Virus record (IMG/VR): IMGVR_UViG_3300034407_002847
Coordinates: 1-57,376 of that record
Strand: one strand, 5' to 3'
DNA length: 57,376 nt
Origin: a virus
Lineage: Duplodnaviria; Caudoviricetes
A program made the translations under genes and the position numbers. Shown here piece after piece: positions 10,224 through 21,367 of this stretch. Under the pieces are notes generated by a model. It saw only the letters and a list, made by a program, of their open reading frames with translations. It ran no database searches and had not been told where the DNA came from. The first letter of the stretch is position 1, and the number at the start of each line of letters is the position of its first letter.

Positions 10224-13200
10224 TTATGCTCCTGAACAACTTACGGATATTGGTCTAAATTCCCCATTGACTCTTGCCGCAACAACAAAAGCACCACTAC
10301 CTATAGACATTGAATGATCTCTATTTACAATAGGTACATTTAAATCGTCAATAAAATTAGCCCCTTTAGTTTTCAATATCCCACTTGTTGGTGACTGATA
10401 TGCATCTGGACACGGTATTGCTTCCATTAGAAAACCTTCAATAATATTGCCTATTACTCCGGAAACACCAGAAGCAGTAGTCTCAAGATTTCCATCGCAT
10501 GTTAACTGAGCAACTTTTACATCATCACAATACCAAGTTTGAACATTATGAATGCCACTATGACCAGATATAGCATGGTCAAGCCTAACAGACAATGGAG
10601 CATCTGGAGTTATTACCGCATCTCCAATAGAAAGTCTTCTTCTGTCAGTATCGCCCGCCATGGTGTTTTGAATATTAAGTTTGCCCGTTAAATGCCCTCT
10701 TTCGTACAATAATCTCTCATTGTCAAGAAGACCAGCAACAATTTCTATGTTCCTTTTGCCACCTTCGCTACTACCAAGCGTACCACGTAAAGCATGTTCT
10801 CCAATACCGATTGAATCATCCATAGTATTATTAGTACCAGCACTTTGCCCGATAAATATACTACCATCAGAATTTTTAGCTAAGTAACCAGCATTAGTAC
10901 CGATGAATATTGAGTTAGATACATTGTCTGCATCTCTACCTGCACGATAGCCGAGAAATACCGCCGGGGTATCTGTTGCAAGATTCACATTTGGAGTGGT
11001 AGCATTCATGCCAGCTTCACTACCAATCATCACAGAATTTTTCCATCCAGTAGCACTAGCACCCGTTCCGCAGCCAATAATCACAACTCCGCTATTGCCA
11101 CCAAGACTTATATCACTATTTGTAAATACATGATTACAATTGGTTGCTACTGTTGCGGTTCCAGAAGTAGATATATAAGTCGTTAGTTCTTGTATCGACA
11201 TCTTACCAACAAGATCACTTGTGCCAGAAGCAACACTTACTGCAACGTATGATTCGCCAGTAAGTACAGTTGGAGTTAATGATTCTGCATTTTGCAGATT
11301 GATATATTCTAAATGCATCACATTGCCATAACTAGCAGACGCTAATCTCAAACCTGTTCCGGCAAAGTTAGATTGAGCATTGGCCGAGTCCATGTATGTA
11401 CCATCGGCAAACTTAACACAACCTCTAAGCAGCATGTCACCTTCAAGCTTCACAAATGGTCGCGGGCTAGCCGTAGTAGGACCAACGTAAGAAGGAGTAT
11501 TACTCATTCCTGCAGCAGTATGGTCAAATTCCACTAACTGTCTTGTGTCACCATCAGAATCTGTAAATCTCAGAGCAAGAGCACCAGAAACAGCAGCACC
11601 ATTAACATTATCTTTCAAGTCAACTACAGTGATTTCTCTTACACCAGAAACACCATGGCTTATTGATAGAACATGTCGATCACCGGAATTACCTATAGAC
11701 AAACTTCCATCTTTAATATCAAAACTTCTACTGCTCAAGCTACCATAAACAAGAGGAGCGGTTCCATGACCAATAGCAAGTGTATGATTTACAATAGTAT
11801 CATGAACATTATCTTTTATTCCCGTTCCGATAATAATGCATCCGGTTGGACTAGATGCTGAATGTCTAAGATTACCATGCCCTAAGACTACGTTCCCTTC
11901 CGCATCGGTTCCAGAACCAACATTGAAAGTACCAACAATAGTGTTGTCGTTAGGTGCAACAGCTTTGAATAAAGATCCACCACCCACCACTGTGTTTTCA
12001 GAACCTGTTGTTGTATACTGTAAAGCACCACTACCAATAGCTATATTACCAGAAGCTGTAGTTGCAGCATTTAATGCATAATAACCAAGCGTAGTGTTAT
12101 GATGTGCAGAAGCGGTAGGTCTTGAAGCTGGCGAAGATGTACCAGCATATGTATTTGCTCTTATGTCTCCATAAACACCATCTTCCACTTCATTCCGGAC
12201 TATATTAAATTCATTACCACCGTCATCACGGAAATATAGTGACTGAGTTTGACCAGTAAGAACTTTTGGTTTAACATAAATTTTACCAAAGTCTGCTGTA
12301 GCAGATGGAGTCGTTGCCTGCTCTCTAATAGCAATTGTTCCACTATTAGATACGCCGGAATGACTAATTACTAATGGTTCAAACGGAACTATATTCCTGC
12401 TGCCAGCTCTACTCAACTCACCAATGCCGACATACCCAGCGTTTGTAACAGATATAAAGCTAGATAGTTCCCCGTTATGTCCACTTGATTTTATTAATGA
12501 GAAATCAACAATCTTACTTGTTGGGCTATAGGCAATTTGCACTCCAGAACCACGAGTATTCCCATTGGCTATAAGATCCAAAGAAGAAGACTGAAGACCG
12601 CTGCTAGAGAATCTTACATTACAGTTATCGCCAGCTTGCACATGAAGCACAGTACCACTAGCTGCCACAATAGGTGCAGCACCAGCAGCAACAGAAATAT
12701 TGGTAATACCAACTGAACCATTACTTCTTAAGACACTCAGAGGCTCAAGAATTGTACTAGTATTGTTGTGTACTTTTACAGAAAACCTATCAGTATCTGT
12801 ATTGACATCATCATAATTCGCAAGGCCAAACCCAACCATATCGCCAGATATTCGTGTGGCAAAATCAACACCAACACTAACACCAGAATCAACTGAGCCT
12901 ACAGATAAGTAATAGTCGCCAGTACCTGATGTTCCAATTAAATTGACAGACTGATGATAACTATATGCGTCAACATGATCCTGAGTTCCAAGATATGTAA
13001 TATTCCCAGAGGCATTGTTCAACTGCCTAAAGAATAAACCATGGCAACCACTTTGAGTAACTAAGGATAGTCTTCTATCACCAAGAACTCTTTGTGTTTG
13101 TACGTGTTGACCTTCTGTAACTTCAAGAGATATATTTGATTGCCATCTAGACCGTGCATAGTTACTGTCGCCTTCAAGACAAGCAATACTTTGATCTGGC

Positions 13201-14423
13201 TCTTTAAAGATGAATCTATAATCTCTAATGTAGTCAGAGCCGCTAGAATGTACTTCAAATCCAGCACCATCAAGAGAGCCATCGCTTAGATATCCACAAA
13301 GAGCACCACCAGTAAGTCCATCGGTGCCTGGGTCACAAAAGCCACTTGTAGCAAGATGTAATGTTTTACAATCATAAATACATTCATTAATGGTATTATA
13401 CTGAAGATCATTAATAGTAGCATTGCCGCTTACAATGATATCATTAAACCATCCATCCCACTTTAAGCTAGGACTACCCAAAGCATAAACATTGTTTTTA
13501 TGAGGAACAATACTCCCAGCAACTGTAACAGCACCTTCGTTGCCGGATGGAGTCTCTGTATGAATTCCAATATTTCCACCACTATCGATAATGAAAAAAG
13601 TGGAAACGTCATATTGATCTGGATAAGCCTCTCCTTTAGGAATATGTCTCTTAATAGAGAATGAACCAGACTCAGGATAAGATATACTGGATAAAAACGC
13701 TGTTTTCCAATTATACGAACCGTGCCCAAGATTAAAACCATCATTATGAGAAGGAGATATATCACCAGAAGACTGTATAGCACCAAAACTATGTAGGGTA
13801 TTTACACCTACGCCAAGTTTTTTATTAAGTAAATCACCAAACAATAATGGGATATTGCCAGAAGATACTTCTATATCACATAGATCATCATGATCAACGG
13901 CATGAGCACCAACATAGAAATTATAACTAGAATCTTCGCCAACGTAACTACCAGCACCATGACCAATAGCTATATTAAAGTCACCTTTTTTATTGCTCTG
14001 AAGACTAAAGTTACCAACGCCAACATTACCTGAACCAGTAGTATTTCCCGCAAGAGCATTGAATCCCACTCCCACATTCTGACTACCATAAAGATTGCAA
14101 CTTAATGCGGCAGCACCTATTGCAGTATTTTTTATACCGTCATAGTTACCATTGAGAGCATAATAACCAAAAGCAGAGTTGTCTTGGTTTGATCTACCAA
14201 TTAGATCCCTTTTTGCGATAGCTCCGTCACCAACGAGAGTGGTTCTAGTTTCAACACTAGCGACATTTTTAGCTACAACAGTCTCATTATCAAGAAAGGA
14301 ATTAACTGAGTCAACTAGATCAGTTAGACTATTTCTTAAATCTGCTGGCGATATCTGTTGAGTAGAGTTGTCTGGCAACAACAACCCTATAGAGGTAATA
14401 TACCCCTCTTTGGTGAGAATCAT
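10224..14423 (-). CDS. Large tail fibre protein with adhesin-like NxAxGxxAL repeats
   Basis: 1399 aa; three blocks of N(S/T)A(F/I)GxxAL / IFIGxxAG beta-roll repeats. Confidence 0.75.
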   Translation of the reverse strand: MILTKEGYITSIGLLLPDNSTQQISPADLRNSLTDLVDSVNSFLDNETVVAKNVASVETRTTLVGDGAIAKRDLIGRSNQDNSAFGYYALNGNYDGIKNTAIGAAALSCNLYGSQNVGVGFNALAGNTTGSGNVGVGNFSLQSNKKGDFNIAIGHGAGSYVGEDSSYNFYVGAHAVDHDDLCDIEVSSGNIPLLFGDLLNKKLGVGVNTLHSFGAIQSSGDISPSHNDGFNLGHGSYNWKTAFLSSISYPESGSFSIKRHIPKGEAYPDQYDVSTFFIIDSGGNIGIHTETPSGNEGAVTVAGSIVPHKNNVYALGSPSLKWDGWFNDIIVSGNATINDLQYNTINECIYDCKTLHLATSGFCDPGTDGLTGGALCGYLSDGSLDGAGFEVHSSGSDYIRDYRFIFKEPDQSIACLEGDSNYARSRWQSNISLEVTEGQHVQTQRVLGDRRLSLVTQSGCHGLFFRQLNNASGNITYLGTQDHVDAYSYHQSVNLIGTSGTGDYYLSVGSVDSGVSVGVDFATRISGDMVGFGLANYDDVNTDTDRFSVKVHNNTSTILEPLSVLRSNGSVGITNISVAAGAAPIVAASGTVLHVQAGDNCNVRFSSSGLQSSSLDLIANGNTRGSGVQIAYSPTSKIVDFSLIKSSGHNGELSSFISVTNAGYVGIGELSRAGSRNIVPFEPLVISHSGVSNSGTIAIREQATTPSATADFGKIYVKPKVLTGQTQSLYFRDDGGNEFNIVRNEVEDGVYGDIRANTYAGTSSPASRPTASAHHNTTLGYYALNAATTASGNIAIGSGALQYTTTGSENTVVGGGSLFKAVAPNDNTIVGTFNVGSGTDAEGNVVLGHGNLRHSASSPTGCIIIGTGIKDNVHDTIVNHTLAIGHGTAPLVYGSLSSRSFDIKDGSLSIGNSGDRHVLSISHGVSGVREITVVDLKDNVNGAAVSGALALRFTDSDGDTRQLVEFDHTAAGMSNTPSYVGPTTASPRPFVKLEGDMLLRGCVKFADGTYMDSANAQSNFAGTGLRLASASYGNVMHLEYINLQNAESLTPTVLTGESYVAVSVASGTSDLVGKMSIQELTTYISTSGTATVATNCNHVFTNSDISLGGNSGVVIIGCGTGASATGWKNSVMIGSEAGMNATTPNVNLATDTPAVFLGYRAGRDADNVSNSIFIGTNAGYLAKNSDGSIFIGQSAGTNNTMDDSIGIGEHALRGTLGSSEGGKRNIEIVAGLLDNERLLYERGHLTGKLNIQNTMAGDTDRRRLSIGDAVITPDAPLSVRLDHAISGHSGIHNVQTWYCDDVKVAQLTCDGNLETTASGVSGVIGNIIEGFLMEAIPCPDAYQSPTSGILKTKGANFIDDLNVPIVNRDHSMSIGSGAFVVAARVNGEFRPISVSCSGA

Positions 14424-14441
14424 CTAATTACCCTCTCTCTA

Positions 14442-14906
14442 CTACTTAAAGCTTATTTGGAGCGTATCTGTATCAAATTTAACACTATCTCCCGTGTAGA
14501 TTATACGAGGATTGTCTAACTGTGCGTACATTAGTAAATTCCCAGAAGCATGATTAGCTGTGTCACATATAGCAATACCAGACACGGCTCCCCAATCTAC
14601 CAAAGCTGTGTCAAAGATATAAGAACTAGCATTTCCAATAACTCCACTACCAACAGCGTTATCTGCTAATGTATAGGTCCAATAGCCATTCCCGCTTTCT
14701 GATGGATTTCCAAGGTTTATTCTAGAATAACCAGTATCAACTCCACCTATGCCAGATGGTATTTCCGGTATAGTAGAGCCAGTATCTGATTCAACAGGTA
14801 CTCCGCTTGTTAATGCAATTCCAATACCGGAGGGTTTATTAAAAATGTCACCACGAAACATGTGATGCAATAAGCCAGATTCTAAATAATCTGAAAGTGC
14901 TGCCAT
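14442..14906 (-). CDS. Phage tail-associated protein (SDYLE family)
   Basis: MAALSDYLE..LL, GYSR, DWG.V....I.D...GNLL.Y..L motifs. Confidence 0.7.
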   Translation of the reverse strand: MAALSDYLESGLLHHMFRGDIFNKPSGIGIALTSGVPVESDTGSTIPEIPSGIGGVDTGYSRINLGNPSESGNGYWTYTLADNAVGSGVIGNASSYIFDTALVDWGAVSGIAICDTANHASGNLLMYAQLDNPRIIYTGDSVKFDTDTLQISFK

Positions 14907-14963
14907 GACTTAATTCTCCAATTAAAATTCCTGAATATATTGATATGTACTGTATTATACACG

Positions 14964-15001
14964 AAAAAAGGGGTATCACCATTAATTGATGAATACCCCT
15001 T
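14964..15001 (-). terminator. Intrinsic terminator
   Basis: AAGGGGTAT/ATACCCCTT stem followed by T-run on minus strand, next to a GTGTATAAT motif. Confidence 0.65.
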
Positions 15002-15026
15002 GATTACCCCTTAAGGCCGTAACGAC

Positions 15027-15707
15027 TTACGAATCTTGATTCTGTAATGAACTACCAAATGACACTGCAGGATTTCCAATCCTATTAGGTGCCGGATTAT
15101 TAGTTGGCTCATCTGTAGCCAGAGGCTGGGCTATATCCATTTGGTTATCATGACCCAAGAATCTGTCACAAAGATCACGGAATGTTTGCATCATACTATA
15201 CATTCGCAAAGAATCATTAACCGTAATCAAATAACTACGATTTCTAGATTCCAATCTTGTGTACTGGACTAAGATCTGAGATGCTGCTGAATAAAGCATT
15301 CCGCCAATACCATTGCGAAACTGCAAACTACTCCAAGTAGGAATATTTACATCTGAACCATCGAACATCCATGGAAGCTCGATTAGTGGAGTACTGGACA
15401 TTTGAATATTATCCAAATTGATAGGACGTAAGCTTTCGCTAAGTTCTATATCAGCATCTAGAACAGACATAATATCAACATCTTCTGGATTATAAGTGAT
15501 AACACGCCTTGTGCGATCACACATGCCAACGAGTTGAATCATATGTTCCTTAGTTGAATCATCAGTACCTACGCGGTTATTAAATTCATCATTACCAACG
15601 ATTTCATGCAACAGATCAACACATGGTCTCATACCAAGAAGGATGCTCTGGTTCTTAAATCTGGTAATCATTCCTGTGAAATTACCTACTGCTATTTGTT
15701 CTGTCAT
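15027..15707 (-). CDS. Hypothetical protein
   Basis: 226-aa ORF with AGGAG RBS. Confidence 0.75.
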   Translation of the reverse strand: MTEQIAVGNFTGMITRFKNQSILLGMRPCVDLLHEIVGNDEFNNRVGTDDSTKEHMIQLVGMCDRTRRVITYNPEDVDIMSVLDADIELSESLRPINLDNIQMSSTPLIELPWMFDGSDVNIPTWSSLQFRNGIGGMLYSAASQILVQYTRLESRNRSYLITVNDSLRMYSMMQTFRDLCDRFLGHDNQMDIAQPLATDEPTNNPAPNRIGNPAVSFGSSLQNQDS

Positions 15708-15735
15708 AATTAATCTCCTGTGAAAAATTGTGGAA

Positions 15736-17316
15736 TTACTCAGTGTCTACTCTGGTGTGTTGCGTTGCGACCGGTGCGATTTGGTTAAATTTAGCATTGA
15801 CGGTTGCAAAAGCTTCCTCGAACGATTGGTTAGGGTTGGCATTAAATTCATCCTCGAAAAGGATTCCTCGCATTGTGTCAAATATTGGTTCGCGTTGTTC
15901 TGATTGGCGAAGACCAATGATTTGTTCGGCTTCTGTAACGTCTCTGCGAAACAAAGGTGGAATAGTATCATCCCCCGCCTCCTTACGACGCTTTCTTCGT
16001 CTAACTAAAGACAAGATACCTTGAACACCAAGCCAACCCAAGGCACCGCCCGGAACAGAAACACCTAAAATTGGTAATATCCAACCAGACTTACTGATTA
16101 AATTTCCTAAAATGCCCACGTTTTCTTTTTCCTTTGGTCCAGATGGACTAGGATTCACCAGTGGTGGCTCTGGTGATGATTCCGGAACTATCTCCGGAGT
16201 CGGTTCTACTGGTGGCTCTACTGGCGGTTCCGGAACAACCGGAGGAACCACAGAATTCTCTTTAGAATTGATCTCCTTTATAACACTTATTATTTCTTCT
16301 TTTAGTTTTTTGATTTCTTGGTCTATATACGCACGATCTTCTTCCTCCACTTCTTTTTGTTCTAACTTAAGAGGCTCTTCTGTACTAGGTGCCTCGTTAG
16401 ACTCTTGCAATGGAGGTAATGGTGTAGAATCGACAGGATCTTCCTGTATAGGACTATCTTGATCCGGTGGTTCTGGTGCTCCATCGTTAGGGGGTGTTGA
16501 GACTCTATCATCAGGAGCGTTATTCCTGTTTACTCTACATGCACAATCTTGGTCGCAATCACAACTTGGCTCACATGGACATTCACCCGTGTTACAACCC
16601 TCACAACCTTCACATCCGCAATCACATTTGTCATGATGGTGGTCATCATCTTGGTCGTGCAGTCCTATTCTGTTTTCATCATTCTGAGAACGCGGAATAA
16701 GAAATGGATAATTCTCGTTAATAGTACTGGCAAATAGTGCTATATTACTATGAACTCCCTCTCGACCTTTAGATTGTGCGAATCCATGAATAATACCAGC
16801 TAGTCTTCCATTATCATACACAACAAGTCCACCAGAAGCACCAAAGCTTAAATAATCCCTAGTAAGAAACTGGTCCCCTATTAACTGTGTTACATATGTT
16901 TTTTTAGATTGAAATCTACCACTAGGGTATCCCAATAACCAAACTTTATCGCCTACTTTAGGTTGTCTATTTGGCTCCATTAAGTAAGTACTAAGACGAT
17001 CCTGCGGAATTTTTCTTACAGTACGTAGAATTGTCAGGCCATCGGGAATTAATCCATTAGTGCGAAAATTATCCATGACACGAACAGGATACTTATCACC
17101 CTGTATTGTTACTGAACATGATCCGTCCTTAATAACATGAGTAGCCGTAATAAACCAGCCGTATTTTTTGTAAACACGTAGACCAGCCGCAGTACCTTGG
17201 GCTTTTATAAGACCAGACCCAGCATTGATTATATATGCCGGTGGTGCATTTTCCGTATCTGCACACAAGCCGGAATGAATACACAAAAACATTAACAACG
17301 ATAAAATGTATTTCAT
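15736..17316 (-). CDS. Secreted/membrane-anchored trypsin-like serine protease
   Basis: Signal peptide; ITATHV, LLGYP and GASGG motifs; His/Cys cluster, Pro/Glu linker, hydrophobic segment then RRRKRR. Confidence 0.8.
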   Translation of the reverse strand: MKYILSLLMFLCIHSGLCADTENAPPAYIINAGSGLIKAQGTAAGLRVYKKYGWFITATHVIKDGSCSVTIQGDKYPVRVMDNFRTNGLIPDGLTILRTVRKIPQDRLSTYLMEPNRQPKVGDKVWLLGYPSGRFQSKKTYVTQLIGDQFLTRDYLSFGASGGLVVYDNGRLAGIIHGFAQSKGREGVHSNIALFASTINENYPFLIPRSQNDENRIGLHDQDDDHHHDKCDCGCEGCEGCNTGECPCEPSCDCDQDCACRVNRNNAPDDRVSTPPNDGAPEPPDQDSPIQEDPVDSTPLPPLQESNEAPSTEEPLKLEQKEVEEEDRAYIDQEIKKLKEEIISVIKEINSKENSVVPPVVPEPPVEPPVEPTPEIVPESSPEPPLVNPSPSGPKEKENVGILGNLISKSGWILPILGVSVPGGALGWLGVQGILSLVRRRKRRKEAGDDTIPPLFRRDVTEAEQIIGLRQSEQREPIFDTMRGILFEDEFNANPNQSFEEAFATVNAKFNQIAPVATQHTRVDTE

Positions 17317-18152
17317 AATACGTCCTTTAAGGAATGATTTATGACAACCGTAGCGGTATATCCATCGACAGAATGATGATTGACTACTGCACTTAATGAT
17401 TTACCCAACCACAAAGAACCAAAATATTTTTTAATAAACATTATTGGACGATACCAAGGAAGGTGATCTAATAGTTCAAAGTGCGGTGCGATATATCTTA
17501 CTAAGCCGAAATGTTCAAAACCGGGTAACGGCCCTCTCCAAGTGAGAGGTGTACACGGAACAATATCGTAAATTTCTTGAAATCTCAGTCTTTCGCAGGG
17601 AAAGATGTCTATAGGCTGGCCATCTTTTAGATATCTTGGTGATCCAAAATCGACAATGACCTGGTCACAAGCAAGACCTTCTCCGTAATAAGCGTCGGCC
17701 TCAAAAAACTTAAAAGCCATTATACCAGCCACTGCTCCACCAGCACTGTGACCACAATGAACAACTTTTTTAATACTGTTGTCTTTTATAAGATTAAAGA
17801 TGTAGTTATCTTTAACAAGAACTGTTTCAACTTCTTCGGCAAGGCTCAAAAATCCATCATGAAGACCTATGCCATTAAAATAGCGAACATCTGTATCGGC
17901 ATTGTACAACCAAAATTCAATATCTTGCGTGCCAGAATAAGCAAGGTACAATGTCTGGTCTTCTATTGTATGCCCTACTTTGATTACGCCATCATTACCT
18001 ATCAAGTTTCTTTTTAATGAAATCCTTTTCGACCAAAAAGTCGTTTTATGCCATTTGTTTTCATTAGACCATTCTTCGGTCTCGTTAACATTGTATATTA
18101 CATTTGATAGTATGGCTGCACGAGATATGTTATGTTCGTTGATTTTAGACAT
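17313..18152 (-). CDS. Class 3 lipase (alpha/beta hydrolase)
   Basis: LHDGF, GHSAGG nucleophile, FGSPR, DIVP, HSVDGY. Confidence 0.85.
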   Translation of the reverse strand: MSKINEHNISRAAILSNVIYNVNETEEWSNENKWHKTTFWSKRISLKRNLIGNDGVIKVGHTIEDQTLYLAYSGTQDIEFWLYNADTDVRYFNGIGLHDGFLSLAEEVETVLVKDNYIFNLIKDNSIKKVVHCGHSAGGAVAGIMAFKFFEADAYYGEGLACDQVIVDFGSPRYLKDGQPIDIFPCERLRFQEIYDIVPCTPLTWRGPLPGFEHFGLVRYIAPHFELLDHLPWYRPIMFIKKYFGSLWLGKSLSAVVNHHSVDGYTATVVINHSLKDVL

Positions 18153-18223
18153 ATTTGCTCACCATTTAAGTGTCGTTGTTGTATCCTTACATATACTTCC
18201 TGTTTTTCATGGTTATTACATAG

Positions 18224-18261
18224 AAAAACTAGGCTCAATCCATGACAGAAAGAGCCTAGTT
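18224..18261 (-). terminator. Intrinsic terminator after major capsid gene
   Basis: AACTAGGCTC/GAGCCTAGTT stem and T-run on minus strand. Confidence 0.7.
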
Positions 18262-18281
18262 CGTTATATACAAATTAACTC

Positions 18282-19286
18282 TTAGAAGGAGCCGAGAAGG
18301 ATGCGTCTGTTGTCCAGAACGCCAAATCCAATTTCTGCCCAACCATAGAATCCAGCTCGTTGATGCCGATGCAATGCAGGATCTTCATAGACCTCCAAAG
18401 CTGCCTTAACTGGCATAACAAAACTGTCATTAGATGACTGATCCAAACCAACTACCAATTCAAGGTCAGAGGTCTGAACAGCACCAGAGAGACTATCTGT
18501 AAAGAATGTCTGATACTCTTGACCTTCGCCAAGCTCATCAATGTCATGAAGGTTAACACCAAACACGCGAGTAATTGGAGCACCGTCTTCAGATGCAACA
18601 TAAATTTCTCGACGGCTTACTTCATCGATCTGATCCAGACCCCAGTTACGAATGTCTTCCAGAGCTTCTGGAGAGACATAGAGGTCAGTCAAACGACCAC
18701 GACCGGTAGTACCGGTGTTGCCGCCAGCATTTCGACGCATAACGGTCTGCATGAGAGAAATCAATCTCTTGCTAAACATACCAGCAGTTGCATCACCATC
18801 GTAAACGAGGATGTTGCGGTCAACGCCAGCAGCGAGCAGTGTATGCCAACCATCGTCATTCATCTTCTTGACAAAAGAAGCTTCCAGAACCTGCATAGCA
18901 CGAGAAACAATGTCCCACCGTGCTTCACGAGCATATCGCAGCAGCCAGTCAATTGAACTGGTAATGCCGTAAGTCGGAATGGTCACATAGTCACCTTCGA
19001 CGGCTCGTTCTGGAATTCTACCATTTCCAGGATTCGTGTAAGCAATGTGCTCACCTTCAAGACCTGGAGAAATCAAGTCGAGTGGATACTCAGTACCAGC
19101 ACCAGGCTCAACCGTAATAGTTTCGAAAATATTACCAAGAATATCGCCACTCAAAACACCTTTACGTAAAGGCAATTCGAGAGCTTTAGCAAATTCTCGT
19201 TGTGCAGCTACGGCAACATTCATATCAGAATCGCCTGTGCTTTTCAGAAGCGAAATAACTTCTTCGCTTGGTCTATCATAAGACAT
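18282..19286 (-). CDS. Major capsid protein (HK97-like)
   Basis: 334 aa, downstream of scaffold and decoration genes, strong RBS, terminator follows. Confidence 0.8.
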   Translation of the reverse strand: MSYDRPSEEVISLLKSTGDSDMNVAVAAQREFAKALELPLRKGVLSGDILGNIFETITVEPGAGTEYPLDLISPGLEGEHIAYTNPGNGRIPERAVEGDYVTIPTYGITSSIDWLLRYAREARWDIVSRAMQVLEASFVKKMNDDGWHTLLAAGVDRNILVYDGDATAGMFSKRLISLMQTVMRRNAGGNTGTTGRGRLTDLYVSPEALEDIRNWGLDQIDEVSRREIYVASEDGAPITRVFGVNLHDIDELGEGQEYQTFFTDSLSGAVQTSDLELVVGLDQSSNDSFVMPVKAALEVYEDPALHRHQRAGFYGWAEIGFGVLDNRRILLGSF

Positions 19287-19328
19287 ATTTAGATCTCCTT
19301 TATAAATTATAAATAATGTTGTGATTAA

Positions 19329-19835
19329 TTAGTCGATAAACGGATCGTTACCACCAAAGTTCGGAAGATTAACAGATACCTTAGCATAACCATCAGCATC
19401 TTTACGACTCATCCAACGACCAACAGCAAGGTTACCAGAAGCGGCACCTATAGTAGCTGATGTACCGAGTGTTCCAGTTGTGCTAGCATAAGCTACAGCC
19501 CCAGGAGTCGGTGTGCCTGTGATCATGTTGGTTACAACAGTACCACGAGTCATAATGGTGACTTTGCCACCCTTTTGAACTTCATCTTTGTGTTCGTTGA
19601 GATGAGTTCGTGTCAGGTCTTTGTTCACAACATCGTTTAAAAGGATACCAACAGGAACATCTGTAGCACCAGGTGTTGCATACTTAACGAGGTTAGCACC
19701 TTGGTCCAATGCTGCACCAGACGCTGTATTCTGTGAAAGATCATAAATAGCGATACCACCACGAGTGGCAGTACCTGCATTGTAGAAAAATGAAATATCA
19801 GTAGTTTCTACGTGTCTATCTGCTTTAAGAGCCAT
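19329..19835 (-). CDS. Capsid decoration/cement protein
   Basis: PVGILLNDV, GGKVT..RG.V.T, G..AY....G.L, VGRW pattern; between scaffold and capsid genes. Confidence 0.65.
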   Translation of the reverse strand: MALKADRHVETTDISFFYNAGTATRGGIAIYDLSQNTASGAALDQGANLVKYATPGATDVPVGILLNDVVNKDLTRTHLNEHKDEVQKGGKVTIMTRGTVVTNMITGTPTPGAVAYASTTGTLGTSATIGAASGNLAVGRWMSRKDADGYAKVSVNLPNFGGNDPFID

Positions 19836-19870
19836 GTTTTATTTCTCCTATGTAAGAAAAATGATTATTA

Positions 19871-21307
19871 TTACTTATTGAGTCTACCTGAAATCCAGTC
19901 AGACAGTTCTGCTCTAGCCGACATAGCTTCTGCAGCTTCGTCTTTTTCAGCAACAACCAAAGTAGCATCTTCAGACACAACATCTTCAAATACTTCTTCG
20001 GGTGTTTCGATTGCTTCTTCGACTTCTTCTGATGCCTGTGCTTCATCTGTGGCTTCTTCACTTATTACTTCTTCAGCAACAGTAGAACTTTTAGCAGCAT
20101 ACAGACTAACTACAGATTCAAAAGCTTCGTCATCTAATGCTTCAAATGAAGCAAGATTTGCTTCCGCATCACTGGATTCCATACCAGCTTCGACAAGTGC
20201 GGCTTTTCTCTTTTCTTCTTTTTGCTTTTTCTTCATATCATACATTTCAGATTTGTTAGCGGCCAATTCTGTCTCAGATACTTCAAGAGAAGCAGTAAGT
20301 TCACTTACCTGAGCTTCAGACGCACTAACTTTTTCTTCTAAACTAGCGATAATCTCTTCTTTTTCCTTAACAGAAGCTTGAAGAGTTTCAATGTCAGAAG
20401 ATAATGCTTCAGCCTTAGCGGCTTCTGCTTTCAATTCTTCGATTGTCTCATTAGCTTGAGTAAGCTCAGATTTGATTTCACTAATTTGTTCTTCCAATAC
20501 CTTGGAATCGGACATTTTTAGATCTCCTATTAAACTAGATGAGTCCACACTAAAAGCTACACTTTTAGAGTTTAAAATTATACTTCTTGGGTTAGCTGGG
20601 TTTGAGACCAGACCCTTTCCTGAAAATGAAATATCACGTAGAGCACGGCCTATTTTGTACCCTTCGTATTCTCCCGTACCACCATAAGCTCTCAAATGTT
20701 TAGTAAGAAATGCTGATTCGTTATCTCTGGTTACTAAACTTTGGTTGCCTAAATCGTCTATAACAGAATAATCAAAGCCAGCAAAAGAACACTCCATGGA
20801 AACAAACCATTTGTCTTCTTTAATTTCAGCAATGATATTTTCCATCCTGACCCTGTTTTCTGGATCTGTCCAAGTATTATATAAAACAGCTTTGGTTATG
20901 ATGTCGAAACTATTTGGAGCTTCAGTTATATCGGAAGAAATGCTATTGCCTTCTGCGTCAATAACACGGCTACCTATAATATGCCCGATGATATCGTTTT
21001 CATCATGCATAAAATTAAACTGTTTGTCTACTGGCGTATCTCTTGCTGCCCATGTGGCATCAGCCAGAAAAACATCATCATTACCATTCCAGTTTGTTGA
21101 TACCAGAACTGACTCAAGATAATAGAGATCAGTACTTTCTGCTATACCGTCTGAATCGTTAGCAGCTATAATAGTAGCTAAAGAAAGATCTGTATCTTCT
21201 TTTTGAAGAAGAAGCACAGGACTGCAGTATGCAATCGAAGCTTGACTACTAACTGAATCAGAAATTCCGTCTTGTATTTCTCTGTCAAATATTTGTATTT
21301 TTTTCAT
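19871..21307 (-). CDS. Prohead protease-scaffold fusion
   Basis: N-terminal domain with NxNDD.F, NFMH...IIG, VSMEC and F.GKGLV.NPA; acidic coiled-coil C-terminus. Confidence 0.75.
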   Translation of the reverse strand: MKKIQIFDREIQDGISDSVSSQASIAYCSPVLLLQKEDTDLSLATIIAANDSDGIAESTDLYYLESVLVSTNWNGNDDVFLADATWAARDTPVDKQFNFMHDENDIIGHIIGSRVIDAEGNSISSDITEAPNSFDIITKAVLYNTWTDPENRVRMENIIAEIKEDKWFVSMECSFAGFDYSVIDDLGNQSLVTRDNESAFLTKHLRAYGGTGEYEGYKIGRALRDISFSGKGLVSNPANPRSIILNSKSVAFSVDSSSLIGDLKMSDSKVLEEQISEIKSELTQANETIEELKAEAAKAEALSSDIETLQASVKEKEEIIASLEEKVSASEAQVSELTASLEVSETELAANKSEMYDMKKKQKEEKRKAALVEAGMESSDAEANLASFEALDDEAFESVVSLYAAKSSTVAEEVISEEATDEAQASEEVEEAIETPEEVFEDVVSEDATLVVAEKDEAAEAMSARAELSDWISGRLNK

Positions 21308-21367
21308 AGTTATTACCTCTACATAAAGTATACACGAAAAACTGTTTTTATTTAGAAATACCTCCCT

